DNA of 63,677 bases, counting the filler, from Octopus bimaculoides (lineage: Eukaryota), in the NCBI RefSeq assembly GCF_001194135.2. It is 7 parts of 6 records of this genome, joined end to end, with 100 filler letters (N's around TTAATTAATTAA, not from the genome) between each part and the next. Parts side by side here need not be neighbours in the genome. Positions count along the whole stretch, not along the records: positions 6,889 to 16,343 come from NC_068984.1; positions 16,444 to 29,007 come from NC_068982.1; 5 more parts are not named here. One strand, written 5' to 3'. Made by a program: the position numbers and the translations under genes. The notes under the pieces are model-generated. The model was not told the origin of the DNA and did no database searches. It saw only the letters and a list, made by a program, of their open reading frames with translations. This document shows, in pieces, positions 13,030-24,864 of this stretch; the stretch's first letter is position 1, and every line of letters starts with the position of its first letter.

Positions 13030-13240
13030 CGTAACGAGCTGGCAGAATCATAAACACGCCGGGCAGAATGCGGTATTTCGTCCGTCTTTACGTTCTGAGT
13101 TCAAATTCCGCCGAGGTCGACTTTACTTTTCATCCCTTTCGAGGTCGATAAAATAAGTACCAGTTGAGCGCTAGGGTCGATTAATCGATTTATACCCTCT
13201 TCCGAAATTGCTGGTCATGTGCCAAAATTTGAAACCAATG
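13030..13240 (+). mobile_element. SINE family A
   Basis: gagctggcagaatc...ttctgagttcaaattccgccgaggtcgac...gtcgataaaataagtaccag...aaatttgaaacc. Confidence 0.85.
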
Positions 13241-13369
13241 TTACTAATAAATTTAAAAATTATATAGTTCTCAATTTAAAATTTGACAATTAAATTTTGA
13301 GATTAAAATTTAAATCTTAATTAAATCTCCGAAGATAAAAAGTATTTAAAATAAATAAATTAATAATAT

Positions 13370-13865
13370 GAAGTAAATGTAGAATTATCGGACGATGAAG
13401 ATAAAATAATTATTGTAATATAGTACATAACTTACCGTTGATAACGAAGTAAATTATGATGAAAAAATACTTTATGATAATGAACGTATCGATGAAACTT
13501 ATAAAATAAAACTTCGCCAACGATTGTCTTATCAAACACATAAAATCAATAAGCCATTTAGTAATACAACCAATATTGACTCTAGAAACTCTAGAAACAC
13601 CAAAGGAGTCTAACTGTACAGCCAAAAAATGCAGTAATATATACAGGGTTCTCAAGAAACCTATTTGAAATACACCGAGCTCAAAAGAGATTTCGTAAAG
13701 ACGCTTTAAAACTGTCCTTTTTCTTAATGGTATATCAACATTGGAGAAATTCTCGAGAATCACCTTTTCAAGTGGAGTTGATCTCAATTACCCCTTGACA
13801 ATTGTGATACATTCTCTAGAGGTGAAGAAATTTTAATAAATCAAAGATTTATGTTTTATAGTATT
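13370..13865 (+). pseudogene. Decayed AT-rich ORF of unknown origin
   Basis: One frame from 13440 reads DNEVNYDEKILYDNERIDETYKIKLRQRLSYQTHKINKPF...KGV*LYSQKMQ*YIQGSQETYLKYTELKRDFVKTL*NCPFS*WYINIGEILENHLFKWS*SQLPLDNCDTFSRGEEILINQRF. Protein-like composition with scattered stops; no family recognised. Confidence 0.35.
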
Positions 13866-14175
13866 TCATATACTTGTATTTGTCTATGTTGATCAGATAC
13901 ATCCTGTTAACTACTACGATTTATTTCTCCTAGCTCATTTAAGAAAATTATACATATATACATACGTACACGTACGCATGCATACGTGCATACACACATA
14001 CGCACAAATATATAAATATCTTTAGATATATGCTCATCCTTACATGTATATATATATATACATATATATATATATNNNNNNNNNNNNNNNNNNNNNNNNN
14101 NNNNNNNNNNNNNNNNNNNNNNNNNNNNNNNNNNNNNNNNNNNNNNNNNNNNNNNNNNNNNNNNNNNNNNNNNNN

Positions 14176-14960
14176 TGAAAGCACCTTAAAAATTTCAAAC
14201 AAATTTATTTTAATATGGGGTAGGACCACCCTTGGCAGTAATTACAACTTCGATTCTACAAAGTCTGAATTGTTTTCAAAGGAATTTTTGTCCGTTCTTC
14301 AGCTAAAACAGTCTCCAGTTCTTATACCGATGATGGTGGGGGATATCGACTCCTCACCTGTTTTTCTAAAATGCACCATAAATGTTCAATAATACTGAGA
14401 TCTGGGGATTGTGGTGGCCAGATTAGATGTTCAACTTCACTAAAATGTTCCTCGTGCCATTCAGTAACAACTTTAGCTGTGTGAGTTGGTGCATTATCAT
14501 CCTGAAAGAGTGCGTTTCCCTCCGGAAACAGTTCCGCAAACATAGGATGTATTTGATCAGATAAAATGCTTAAATAGTCTTGACTATTAATTCTGCCATG
14601 AATGGAAACCATAGGGCCGGCGGATTTCCAAGATATAGCCCTCCTCCTTCCAGATCATCACAGATCCTTCTCCATGTTTAACAGTTAGAAGAAGGCAGTC
14701 TAGGTCAAATGCTTCTGTTGGCTGTCTCCACACGTATACTCGGCAAGTAGTCGGAAATAAGGTAAAGGACTACTCGTCCAAGAAAATAATATTTTTCTAC
14801 TACTCTAGGGACCAGTTCTGTAGGTTTTTACTCCACTCTAAACGCTTTGCAACGTTTGTTTTTGAAAGTAGTGATTTTCTGATTGCAGCTCTCCTGCGAA
14901 ATCCGGCTTTGTGCTGCTCCCGGCGAACAGTTTATGATTTGTCCGATAGATCTGTCATTT
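14176..14960 (-). mobile_element. Tc1-family transposon remnant, internally deleted
   Basis: MTDLSD start, then IIFLDE, FQDDNAPTH and WPPQSPDLSIIEHLW motifs, with stops. Confidence 0.9.
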
Positions 14961-15714
14961 TACTAAATTTTAATTACCTTTTTCTGATGATATCTGAAAA
15001 GAATCAGCAACACTAATGATAAATAAAAAAAAGAAACATAAAGATAAACAAACATTTGACGGTTTTATAGATATTTCAAAATTATGATGTTATGATGCTA
15101 GGTGTTTCTATTATATTGTCCAGCCCCTGTATATATGTGTTAAAAAGTATATAATAAATGCACAAGCGAACGTAAAGCAGACACACAAGGTTACCAAATC
15201 TTCATCAGTTATAGGCTTGAGGGTCAAATGCAATTTCGCGCCTTCAACGATAATAATATTCCCTTCTGGTGGTGTCGGTAGCAAGGAGCCCCCGGGAAAT
15301 GGCGAGCCAACGAACAATGGACCAAACGTGACAAAAAGTGAACAAACAAAAAAACAGGTTATAGATATGCAATACAGAAAGTGGACATACAACCATGAAT
15401 AAATGTTATTCAAGACGAGACCATTAGTGGACAGACGAGGGACGAAGACGAAAACAAACAAGATAAAATGTGGACATACGAACAAACTGAAATAAATAAA
15501 CAGAATAGTCCTTTTGGCCAGACAGGAGACGAAAATATGGTTAACACCTGGAGGAATATCCAAAAGGATTGAAACAGAAGGCCAATAGATAGATAACGAA
15601 ACGAGTTGAAAATGGGAGACGAGAGAAAATACGATCAGTCACTTGTGCGGTCGGCCTGAAAAGGAAAGGAGAAGGAGAATAAAAGATGACGATGACCACA
15701 GGTCACGTGTACAT

Positions 15715-16289
15715 ACCATACAACTGTGTGGTAAGAAGCTTACCTCCCAACCATATGCTTCCGGGTTCAATCCCATGATGTGGCACTTTGAGCAAGTGTC
15801 TTCTTAGCCTTGGGCTAATCAAAACCTTGTGAGATGATTCAGTAGATGAAAACTGAAGCAACACATACGCACACAAATGTGTGTGGGTGTGTTTCTTTAT
15901 TTCAGTGGCTGTGTTGTAAGTAGCTTGCCTACCAGCCATATAGTTCTGGGTTCAGTCCCACCGCGTGGCGCCTTGAGCAAGTGCCTTCTACTGTAGCCTC
16001 GGGCCGACCAAAGCCTTGTGAGTGGATTTGGTAGACGGAAACTGAAAGAAGCCCGTCGTATATATATGTGTGCGTTGTGAGTGTGTGTGTGCGCGTTTGT
16101 GTGTTTGTGCTTGCACTCCTATCATCACTTGACAACCAATGTTGGTGTGTTTACGCCCCGTAACCTAGCGGTTCGGCAAAAGACACCGATAGAATAAGTA
16201 CTAGGCTTACAAAGTCGATTTGTTCGACTAAAGGCGGTGCTCCAGCATGGCTGTAGTCAAATGACTGAAACAAATAAAAGAATAAAAGA

Positions 16290-16290
<1 letters not shown>
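15715..16290 (+). mobile_element. Two tandem SINE family B copies (5' half, then near-full)
   Basis: Heads at ~15720 and ~15905; the second continues to gtcaaatgactgaaacaaataaaag, then microsatellite to the scaffold end. Confidence 0.85.
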
Positions 16291-16343
<53 letters not shown>

Positions 16344-16443
16344 NNNNNNNNNNNNNNNNNNNNNNNNNNNNNNNNNNNNNNNNNNNNTTAATTAATTAAN
16401 NNNNNNNNNNNNNNNNNNNNNNNNNNNNNNNNNNNNNNNNNNN
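16344..16443. other. Artificial scaffold joint
   Basis: TTAATTAATTAA at 16388-16399 flanked by 44 N on each side. Confidence 0.97.
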
Positions 16444-16547
16444 TTTTTTTTTTTTTTTTTTTTCCTTCCTTCCCCCTCCCAAAAAGAAAAGCTCTACATT
16501 GTATTTGTCCCATCTTCGTTGAGCCCTGTGTGGCTAATAAAAGAAAT
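16444..16547 (+). mobile_element. 3' tail of a Tx1/L1-like LINE
   Basis: Poly-T then aaaagctctacattgtatttgtcccatcttcgttgagccctgtgtggctaataaaagaaat; matches 5453-5544 and 50380-50439. Confidence 0.6.
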
Positions 16548-17319
16548 GTATCTGTATTGATTCAATAAATGATAATCTTTGTATGAAAATGTGCAGCTTT
16601 GTGCTGAAATAAAGAATCATTATTACAACAAAATGGATTGGCAGAACCAGTAGAGCATTATAAAATATGCTTTGTGGCATTTAGTCTACCCCTTTGATAC
16701 CAGCTTACTGGAGACCACCCCTAAATTCTATGATATAAACATTCTTTTCTAAAGTGATCTAAATTTAAATCTACCATCCAAAATTTCATGTTAAATTATG
16801 TTCTAAATATTGATCATTTTGTTACCCTTTAGCACACTGCATTTTCTCTAGAGCTGCTTCCCCTTCCACTGTCTTGTTACTACAGGGGAGAAAACTCATA
16901 TGGTGACATGATGCACCTGCAGTGCACTAAAGATTAAATTTGTCATCATTTTCAAAATCAGTTGAAGCAAAGGTAGCATATTTCAACAGAAATATGGTAC
17001 ATTCTGAGTTCATGTCCCACTGAGATTGATTTTGTCTTTTATCCTTCTGGATTTGATAAAATAAAAGCCAATGAGGTATTGGGGTGATATAATTGATTAT
17101 ATCACTACTGACAAAGTGAGAGATCTTGGGTCAATGTAAGAAATTAATATTGCAGCAATGTGTCATGTTGACCAAATTAAAGAATTCAGATTTAGCATCA
17201 CTGAATTTCCTCAGTTCTTAGGTCAACTCCTGATACTTTTCAGTCCTTTGTTTTATCCGAAGGGTGTGACATACATTGCTGTTCCTTTCTGTCATAATCA
17301 TATTATAATCATGTGGACA

Positions 17320-17460
17320 CAGGCATGGCTGTGTGGGTAAGAAGCTTACTTTGCAACCAGTCTCACTGCATAGCATTTTGGGTGAGTATCTTCTATAGCC
17401 TTGGGCTTACCAATGCCTTATGAGAGAATTTGGCAGACAGAAACTATGTAGAAGCTTGTC
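17320..17460 (+). mobile_element. Diverged SINE B 5' half followed by (TG)n
   Basis: ggcatggctgtgtgggtaagaagcttac...atttggcagacagaaactatgtagaagc. Confidence 0.6.
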
Positions 17461-17463
17461 ATT

Positions 17464-17582
<119 letters not shown>

Positions 17583-17659
17583 AGAGTGTGATGAATAAAT
17601 AGTCGTCTAAATTATGCAAAAATGAAAATAACATTGACATCTCATTTTAACAGATATAT

Positions 17660-18466
17660 TAAGCAAAATTACATAAAAATATCTTGAAATACTAAAAAGT
17701 AAATTTATTCCATAAAATCACCTTTGACTTCAACCACGGCCTCCAGACGACTTTGGAATCTCCTGCAACTCTTCTGGATGGTCTTTTTGTTTAAGTTGGT
17801 GAATGCTGCCATAACACTTACCTTCAGTTCATCTTTGGTGTTCAACTGCACCCCACACATAATCAAGGGGGTTGCAGTCTGGGGAGTTAGGTGGCCAGAT
17901 GTTAGGGGTGATGTAGTCACAGAAATTGTCTGACAGCCATGACTGGGTTCTCCTGCTTGTGTGGCATGGTGCAGAGTCCTCTTGCCAGACATAGGGTCTT
18001 CCAGCAGCCACCCAATTCACCCATGGTGGTAGCACTATCTCCTCCAGGCACTCGATGTAGGCCACTGTGTTGAGTATGATCAGAGTGAGTTTTCTGAGTT
18101 GCTGTACTGTTTTACTGTTTTACTGTTTTACTTGTTTCAGTCTTTTGACTGTGGCCATGCTGGAGCACCGCCTTTAATCATCATTAAACTCATCCAACTC
18201 TTTCCAAATCCTCTGTGCTGTCCTCCGGTTGACACCAAAACACTTTGAAATGTTCGCATTGGAGCTTCCGTCATGAATGCCAAGCAGCACAGCATGTTGT
18301 TTCCAAATTTCTGGCAGAGTGAATTGTGTCATGGTGCTGTTTTTCTCACAGATGGTGCCCAACTGACCCTACTTGTATTGTGTAGTTGACAAAATCAAAA
18401 ACAAACAATGCACATGTGCAAAATTAAAAATACGAAATGGGGACAATTCACCCATCGCGCCTTGTA
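17660..18466 (-). mobile_element. Tc1/mariner transposon remnant (maT/DD37D-like), internally deleted, with a SINE B tail inserted at ~18110-18175
   Basis: N-terminal HTH-like GSSNANISKCFGVNRRTAQRIWK; catalytic YVWQEDSAPCHTS and WPPNSPDCNPLDY; one terminus tacaaggcgcgatgggtgaattgtcccc. Confidence 0.85.
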
Positions 18467-18479
18467 TGTGTGTGTGTGT

Positions 18480-18690
18480 GTGTGTGTGTATTGTTTGGTT
18501 TGTGTTTGTCCCCACTCACTCCACCACTTGACAAATGGCATTGTTACTAACATCTCTGTAACTTAGTGGTTTAACAAAAGAGACCAATAGAATAAGTACC
18601 AGACTTTAAAATAAGTCCTGGTGTTGATTTGTCTAACTAAAATCTTTCAAGACTAAAGTCCCGTGGCTGAAACAAAGACAAAAGATATCT
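18480..18690 (+). mobile_element. SINE B 3' half
   Basis: tttgtgtttgtcccc...gtaacttagtggtt...aatagaataagtacc after (TG)n. Confidence 0.7.
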
Positions 18691-18739
18691 GGATTCTGGG
18701 CTATTTTATATGATTAAATTTTAGAGGGTCTTACAGTTT

Positions 18740-19170
18740 CTTTAATTGCCAGCTATTGGTTGATGTTAATCCACCATTTCCTATTAAACAACTGGTGTAG
18801 TTTTTCTTTAACTCATCATGTCTTCCTTTATAATCTTTTTATCCCATTTTGCTACATTCATTTACATACTAGAAGATGATTGACACCTTCTATACTTGGA
18901 ACACTTAATAACCAACCGAATTCTGCCCATGTTTGTTTTAACAAGATACATTCTAATCATTTGTTTTTGCACTGTCACAATAAGGGTTTTTGCTTTCTTT
19001 AATCTATGCGCTTTCAGTCAAAATTATTGTTTTCCTCCAGCTATGCTTCTTCTTGCCTGACAATTAACAATATAGTATTTTTCTTTCTAGCTTTTAATTC
19101 TCTTCATTTTCCTATTTTTTTCACTTTTGTTACTTTTTCTTTAATTTCTGTTCCAATGTATTTGCTATAT
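18740..19170 (-). mobile_element. Highly decayed RLE-type (R4/Dong-like) LINE C-terminal fragment
   Basis: Minus strand gives VNHLL then ECSKMG*KDYKGRHDEL (18812-18859), resembling the zinc-finger/RHD motif. Confidence 0.45.
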
Positions 19171-19404
19171 TAACTTCATTTCCTTTTTTTTTTATTATAT
19201 ACCCTTCTAAACCTATAATTTCTAAATGAAATGTGTTCTGTTATACTGAGTAGCTCTCTTCTATTCTGTTTTTCTTGAAATATGCAATCTACCAACACTA
19301 CTTTCTGAACGTATCTTCCTACATTGTTGATAACTCCTTTATATTCTGACCTTTTAATGCTTTCATATATCTTCTTCTTATTATTGTTGCTATCAAGGTG
19401 GCAA

Positions 19405-19850
19405 GTAGGCAGAATTGTAAGCACACCAGACAAAATGCTTAGCAGCATTTTGTCTGTTTTCATGTTCTGAGTTCAAATTCTAGTGAAGTTGACTTTGCTT
19501 TCACCCTTTAAGGATCGATAAAATAAGTATCAGTTGAGTACTGGGGAAGATGTAATCGACTTGCTCCCACCCCACCGAACTTGCTGGCCTTGTGCCAAAA
19601 TTTGAAACCATTTTTATTGTTGCTATTATTGTACTGAAGGTTTTGTAGCAGCAGAATTGTTAGCATGTTGGACAAAATGGCATTTCCTCTGACTCTACAT
19701 TCTAAGTCCAAATTCTGCCTAGGTGAACTTTGTCTATCATCCTTTTGACGCCAATAAAATAAATACCAGTTAAGTACTGGGGTTGATGTAATCAACTGAA
19801 CCCCACTCCTCCTAATATTGCTGGCCTTGTGTCAAAATTTGAAACCATTA
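19405..19850 (+). mobile_element. Two tandem diverged SINE A copies
   Basis: Both carry gcagaattg(t)ag, ttctgagttcaaatt, tcatcc and gccttgtg(c/t)caaaatttgaaacc. Confidence 0.8.
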
Positions 19851-19954
19851 TTGTAAAGGTACTGAAGTGGCAGAAATATCAAAGAGCCAGAATACATGTC
19901 GTGCAGTACTTTGTTTTGTCCATTTAAGAACTGCTGTTAATTCCTACTGGACTG

Positions 19955-20905
19955 AACAAAAACATTGTTTATGAAGAAATGTTCACTCTTAATGCAACAT
20001 GAAAACTTCAATAACTCAACGTGTATGACATCCATCTTTTTTCTACTTCAATTATTACATGCTTTCTCTTATAAAATACACACATACAGGAGGGGTAAAT
20101 CTAAATCTGTTGGGGTAGTCTCACCCCGATTCAGATTCAAAACTGAATTTTTCAATTCTCCTTCGCCATACGGCCTATTCACAAGAAACCGTGACAACTG
20201 GATGTTCTACTTTAGCTGTGGCCTTTTCAATGCCATCACATAGTCACCTGCATTCCGTAAAGCTATTCTTCTATATGATATAGCTATTTTTCTACCTTCA
20301 TTCAAGTTGCAACTGAATCTTTCAATTCTCCTTCTTCAGTTATTACATGTTTTTAAGAACCATGATTTTCACATGGCCATCTTTATGTAGAAACATCACA
20401 TGTTGGTCCAAAAGCAAATATTTTTGCTTATGCACCCTGAAATAAAACAAAAAACATTGTTCATAAAGAAATATTCACTCTTAATGCAACACGAATACTT
20501 CAATAACTTAATTTGCCATTACTATCATTACACTCAAGAATGACTAAATTACTTACTTAAATGAACTGTTTTATATAATTGCCATTACTGTATAGATATA
20601 TAAAATAAACCATACAGCTAATTTATTATTGTCATATAATAAACAAACAGAAGTTCGTGCATGAAATCCATCTTTTTTCTACTTCAATTATTACGTTTTT
20701 CTCTTATAAAATACACACACGCAGGATGAGTAAATCTAAATCTGTAGTGGTAGTCTCACCCTGGTTCAGATTCGAAACTTTATGCAGGAGCATCATGTGT
20801 AGGACCAAAAGCAAATCTTTTTGCTTATGCACCCCAAAATAAAACAAAAAACACTGTTTATAAAGAAATATTCACTCTTAACGCAACATGAATACTTCAA
20901 TAAGA
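19955..20905. repeat. Local tandem duplication, 2-3 diverged units of ~400-490 bp
   Basis: Block aacaaaaacattgtt..aagaaat.ttcactcttaa.gcaac at 19955, 20446 and 20842; second block catccatc...ttcagattc.aaact at 20029 and 20665. Confidence 0.8.
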
Positions 20906-21432
20906 ATGGTAGATTATATGCTTTTAATATATATATATATTATATGGGCTTCTAGAATTCTTTTCTCGGCCATGTTTTCTTTCCTATTCCTTCTTGTCTT
21001 TGTTTATATTGGATGCACTTGTTTTTTACTCTGATGAAGCTCCGTATCTTAATCTGAATGTCCTATGAAGATGAAGAATTATTTATAGACAGCACTTGGC
21101 AAGGGATGTGGAAACAGCCATAAGATTTGTTACATCACCTATTTGTTGTCATGCTTTGTATATTAGAAAATAAGCTATAAATGTGGTCCAATTGATGTGT
21201 TTGTTAATCTGAGGTTTTCTCCATCTTCTGATTATTTGTATTTGTTTCCTGATAAACACTTGTTTATCTTGTTGTTACCTGCACTCTCTGTGCATAGTGT
21301 GACTGCACACCAATGCCTGGGGATAACATGGGTAACGGATACTGATAGTACATACAGATATTTTATCCCTTAGTTGGTTATTACAACCGCTAACTCTTTT
21401 TACACTTGACATATGTGTGTGTGTGTGTGTAT

Positions 21433-21757
21433 ATCATCATCATCATCATCATCGTTTAACGTCTACTTTCCATGCTAGCATGGGTTGGATGATTTGACTG
21501 ATTTGGCAGAGTTTCTACAGCTGGATGCCCTTCCTAACGCCAACCACTCCAAGAGTGTAGTGGATGCTTTTACGTGCCACCGGCACGAAGGCCAGTCAGG
21601 CGGTACTGGCAACGGCCACGCTCAAAATGGTGTATTTTATGTGCCACGAGCACAAGAGCCAGTCCAGGGGCACTGGCAACGATCTTGTTCAAAAGTCCTT
21701 ACACATGCCACGGGCACAAGTGCCACAAAGGCGACGCTGGGCACAGGTGCCATCCCG
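21433..21757 (-). mobile_element. SINE-like family C with (GAT)n tail
   Basis: (cat)n cgtttaacgtc..tttccatgctagcatgggttgg and ggatgcccttcctaacgccaaccactcc; paralogous to 24393, 27468 and 28050. Confidence 0.85.
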
Positions 21758-22191
21758 ATATATATATATATATATATATAGGCAAATTTGTTGTTGAAAA
21801 TGCACCTAAATTTGGAAAAATTGTAATTGTTTAAAATACATTTATTTACATATATACAAAACTAGTTTCAACAATATTTTTTGTTTATCAATGGTAAAAG
21901 TTTAAAATTATGAATTAGAAAAACATCTTTAAAAGTTTCAATGTTGGCAAATTAAAATGTTCATAACAGACAAATTTAGAATTATGAGTTAGGAGGACAG
22001 GTACAGGAATTTCAGTATATATAAATTGAGAGAGGGAGAGAGAGAGAGAGAGAGAGAGAAGGGGAGAATAGATAGATAGACAGACAGATAGATAGATAAA
22101 TAGATAGACAGACAAAGAGATTGATAGATAGATATACATATATATAAATGTGTGTATATATACATTACACACACACACACACATACATACA

Positions 22192-22225
<34 letters not shown>

Positions 22226-22919
22226 AATATATATATATTGTTATGGACTGAGTAAATCTGTCAACTAACAGTATAAACATTTAACATTGCCACTTTATGT
22301 TTCCCAATTAGTGCATTCAACTTTGCTATATATCATCTCAAAAGGCAGGAATAAAAGCACTGAATAAGGAAGGCCTACAAATGTCATGGACATACCCATC
22401 TCGAAGTACTTAGAAATAAATAATACTTTAAGTTGGATAATGGATCTTTCCAAGCATATACTGAAAACAGATCCTTGTTCTTAAAGAACTTTCTATTTAG
22501 CACAACAGGATTTGTCACTTAGCCCATTGAAATATCAAACGCAGCTTTTCAGTTTATGTCTTCTATTCAAATTATAAGTGTTCTGTATTTAATCTCCACT
22601 TCAAATCATGTTTATATATATTTGTGGCATTAAATTAAAGGTTGGTTAATGCAGTTGACATTTTTCAAACTCGTGTTTTTTTTCCATTTGTCTAAACGAG
22701 GTAGAAATAATAAAAAAAAATCCTTTTTTTTTTTTAACTTCAAGAAATTTGTTTGTAGTTAAAGGAGTTGGATGTGTTTGTGTGTGTGGGGTGGGTGGGA
22801 GTGTGTTGTTTGGTTAGTAAAACTAATTGAAAAATGTGGTAAAAGAAAATCTGAAGAGTAAAGTCAGTGGGAGTGGTGAAAATTGAGACGAAAAAGGAGG
22901 AGGAAGAGGAGGAAGAGAC

Positions 22920-23160
22920 AGAGGAGGAGAAGCAGTAGCAGCAGTAGCAGCAGCAGTATTAGAAGAAGAAGAAGAAGAAGTGGGAGGAGGTGATAATGAT
23001 TATAATTGTCAATGTTGATGATGATGATTATTACAATGTTAATGATGATGATGACGATGATGATGATGATGATAATGAGGAGGAGGAGAATGGAGATGAT
23101 GGGGAGGATGAGGGTGAGGATGATAATGATGAAAATGTTAACAACAACAACAATCATGAA
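22920..23160. repeat. Compound trinucleotide microsatellite (GAG/AGC/GAA/GAT)
   Basis: Directly visible; it is the source of the poly-I/L/M ORFs in the track. Confidence 0.9.
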
Positions 23161-23377
23161 GAGTAGAGAAAAAAAACAAAACTATTAAGAAAATTGAAGA
23201 TGATAATATAGAAAGAAGTTTCCAGAAACATAGTCTTTGATACATAAACTTGCAGATCAATTGAAGAATTTTGTGTAAGGCAAGCAATCATTTTTAGAAA
23301 AGAAAAGAGCAAAGGAAACTAAATATTTCATATTAATAAAGTTATCTGACTGAATACATTTCCAAATGCTATTTCAG

Positions 23378-23411
23378 CTGTTTTGGGGAGAGAATATTCA
23401 ACGATAAGAAA
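23378..23411 (+). CDS. Candidate 34-nt exon
   Basis: atgctatttcag| acceptor and AAA|gtaggt donor; frame VLGREYSTIR is phase-compatible with the 27254 candidate. Confidence 0.25.
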
Positions 23412-23558
23412 GTAGGTGAACTGACCTTTATAGACAAAATAAATTATCTTAGCTAAAAAAATATTATGAATGTTTTCTATGAATTGACAATAACTGGAAT
23501 AAAAGTAACTGATTTTCCACCCAATATATTTTGTTGGTAACAAAATGAAGTGAAATCT

Positions 23559-23597
<39 letters not shown>

Positions 23598-23732
23598 NNN
23601 NNNNNNNNNNNNNNNNNNNNNNNNNNNNNNNNNNNNNNNNNNNNNNNNNNNNNNNNNNNNNNNNNNNNNNNNNNNNNNNNNNNNNNNNNNNNNNNNNNNN
23701 NNNNNNNNNNNNNNNNNNNNNNNNNNNNNNNN

Positions 23733-23768
<36 letters not shown>

Positions 23769-24392
23769 TCATATATATGTGTGTGTATGAATATTATGAA
23801 TGTTTTCTATGAATTGACAATAACTGGAATAGAAGTAACAAATTTTCCACCCAATATATTTTGTTGGTAACAAAATGAAGTGAAATCACACACACACACA
23901 CACACATACACACACTCATTCATATATATGTGTGTGTAAATATGTATGATTTTTCTTTGAGCTTTATTTAACTTCTTGAGAGAGTTCAAGGCAGTCGCTA
24001 ACAAAATGATAAGATTGTTTGAGTTAAGAGAGTTCTCGGTGTTTGTAAATATGTGGTTGAGTTGTTGGTGCATACACTCAAGTGTATGCATCTACTCACA
24101 TAAGAATCTCGGATGGAGAATTTTTGGAATGTCTTACAAATCTTCACTGTATCACTAATAGACTGGATTTGGAGAATCAGCATCAGTTTTTTTTTTTGCT
24201 CTTTCTTCATGAAACCAAATATTTCTAGGTTTTTGTGGGGAATTTGCTGGTACATGACCTAATGTACCTATGTATGTATGTCTCTTCTATTTTTCAATTA
24301 TCATAAATCTTCCACTGAGGCAGGAGCTGGTTTCCAACGAAGATACAAGGCTCCATCTTTGGGATGTAATTATGTATGTATGTATGCATGTA

Positions 24393-24757
24393 TCATCATC
24401 ATCATCGTCGTCATTTAACGTCCACTTTCCTTGCTAGCATGGATTGGACGATTTGACTGAGGACTGGTGAAACCAGATGGCTACACCAGGCTCCAATCTG
24501 ATTTGGCAGAGTTTCTACAGCTGGATGCCCTTCCTAACGCCAACCACTCAGAGAGTGTAGTGGGTGCTTTTATGTGCCACTGGCACAAAGGCCAGTCAGG
24601 CGGTACTGGCAACAGCCACGCTCAAAATGGTGTATTTTACGTGCCACCTGCACAAGAGCCAGTCCAGGGGCACTGGGAACGATCTTGCTCGAAAGTCCTT
24701 ACACATGCCGCGGGCACAAGTGCCAGAAAGGTGACGCTGGGCACAGGTGCCATTACG
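24393..24757 (-). mobile_element. SINE-like family C
   Basis: Close paralogue of 21433-21757, but retains the segment deleted there. Confidence 0.85.
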
Positions 24758-24864
24758 ATGTATGTATATATGTATGTATGTTCTCTTTCTAATTTAGAGG
24801 AAATTTTGACTAGCAAGGACTTGGTAGCAAGGTTGTGATAGAAAGTATCTTGTTTTAACCCTCA

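Noticed and set aside
15088-15713. Solo LTR (TGT...ACA) or exon LLPTPPEGNIIIVEGAKLHLTLKPITDEDL
   Set aside because: No TSD, no second copy, weak acceptor; neither reading is supportable without a search.
16688-17000. piggyBac-type MITE with a nested small IR (16825-16932)
   Set aside because: Termini are degraded and TTAA sites unclear; resemblance is from memory only.
22396-22460. Minus-strand 65-nt exon YAWKDPLSNLKYYLFLSTSRW
   Set aside because: Splice sites are plausible, but it is opposite in strand to the better 23378/27254 candidates and has no partner exon.
23460-23900. Biological tandem duplication around a gap (similarly 54100-54340)
   Set aside because: Near-identical copies flanking an N gap are typical of uncollapsed haplotypes or overlap artefacts.
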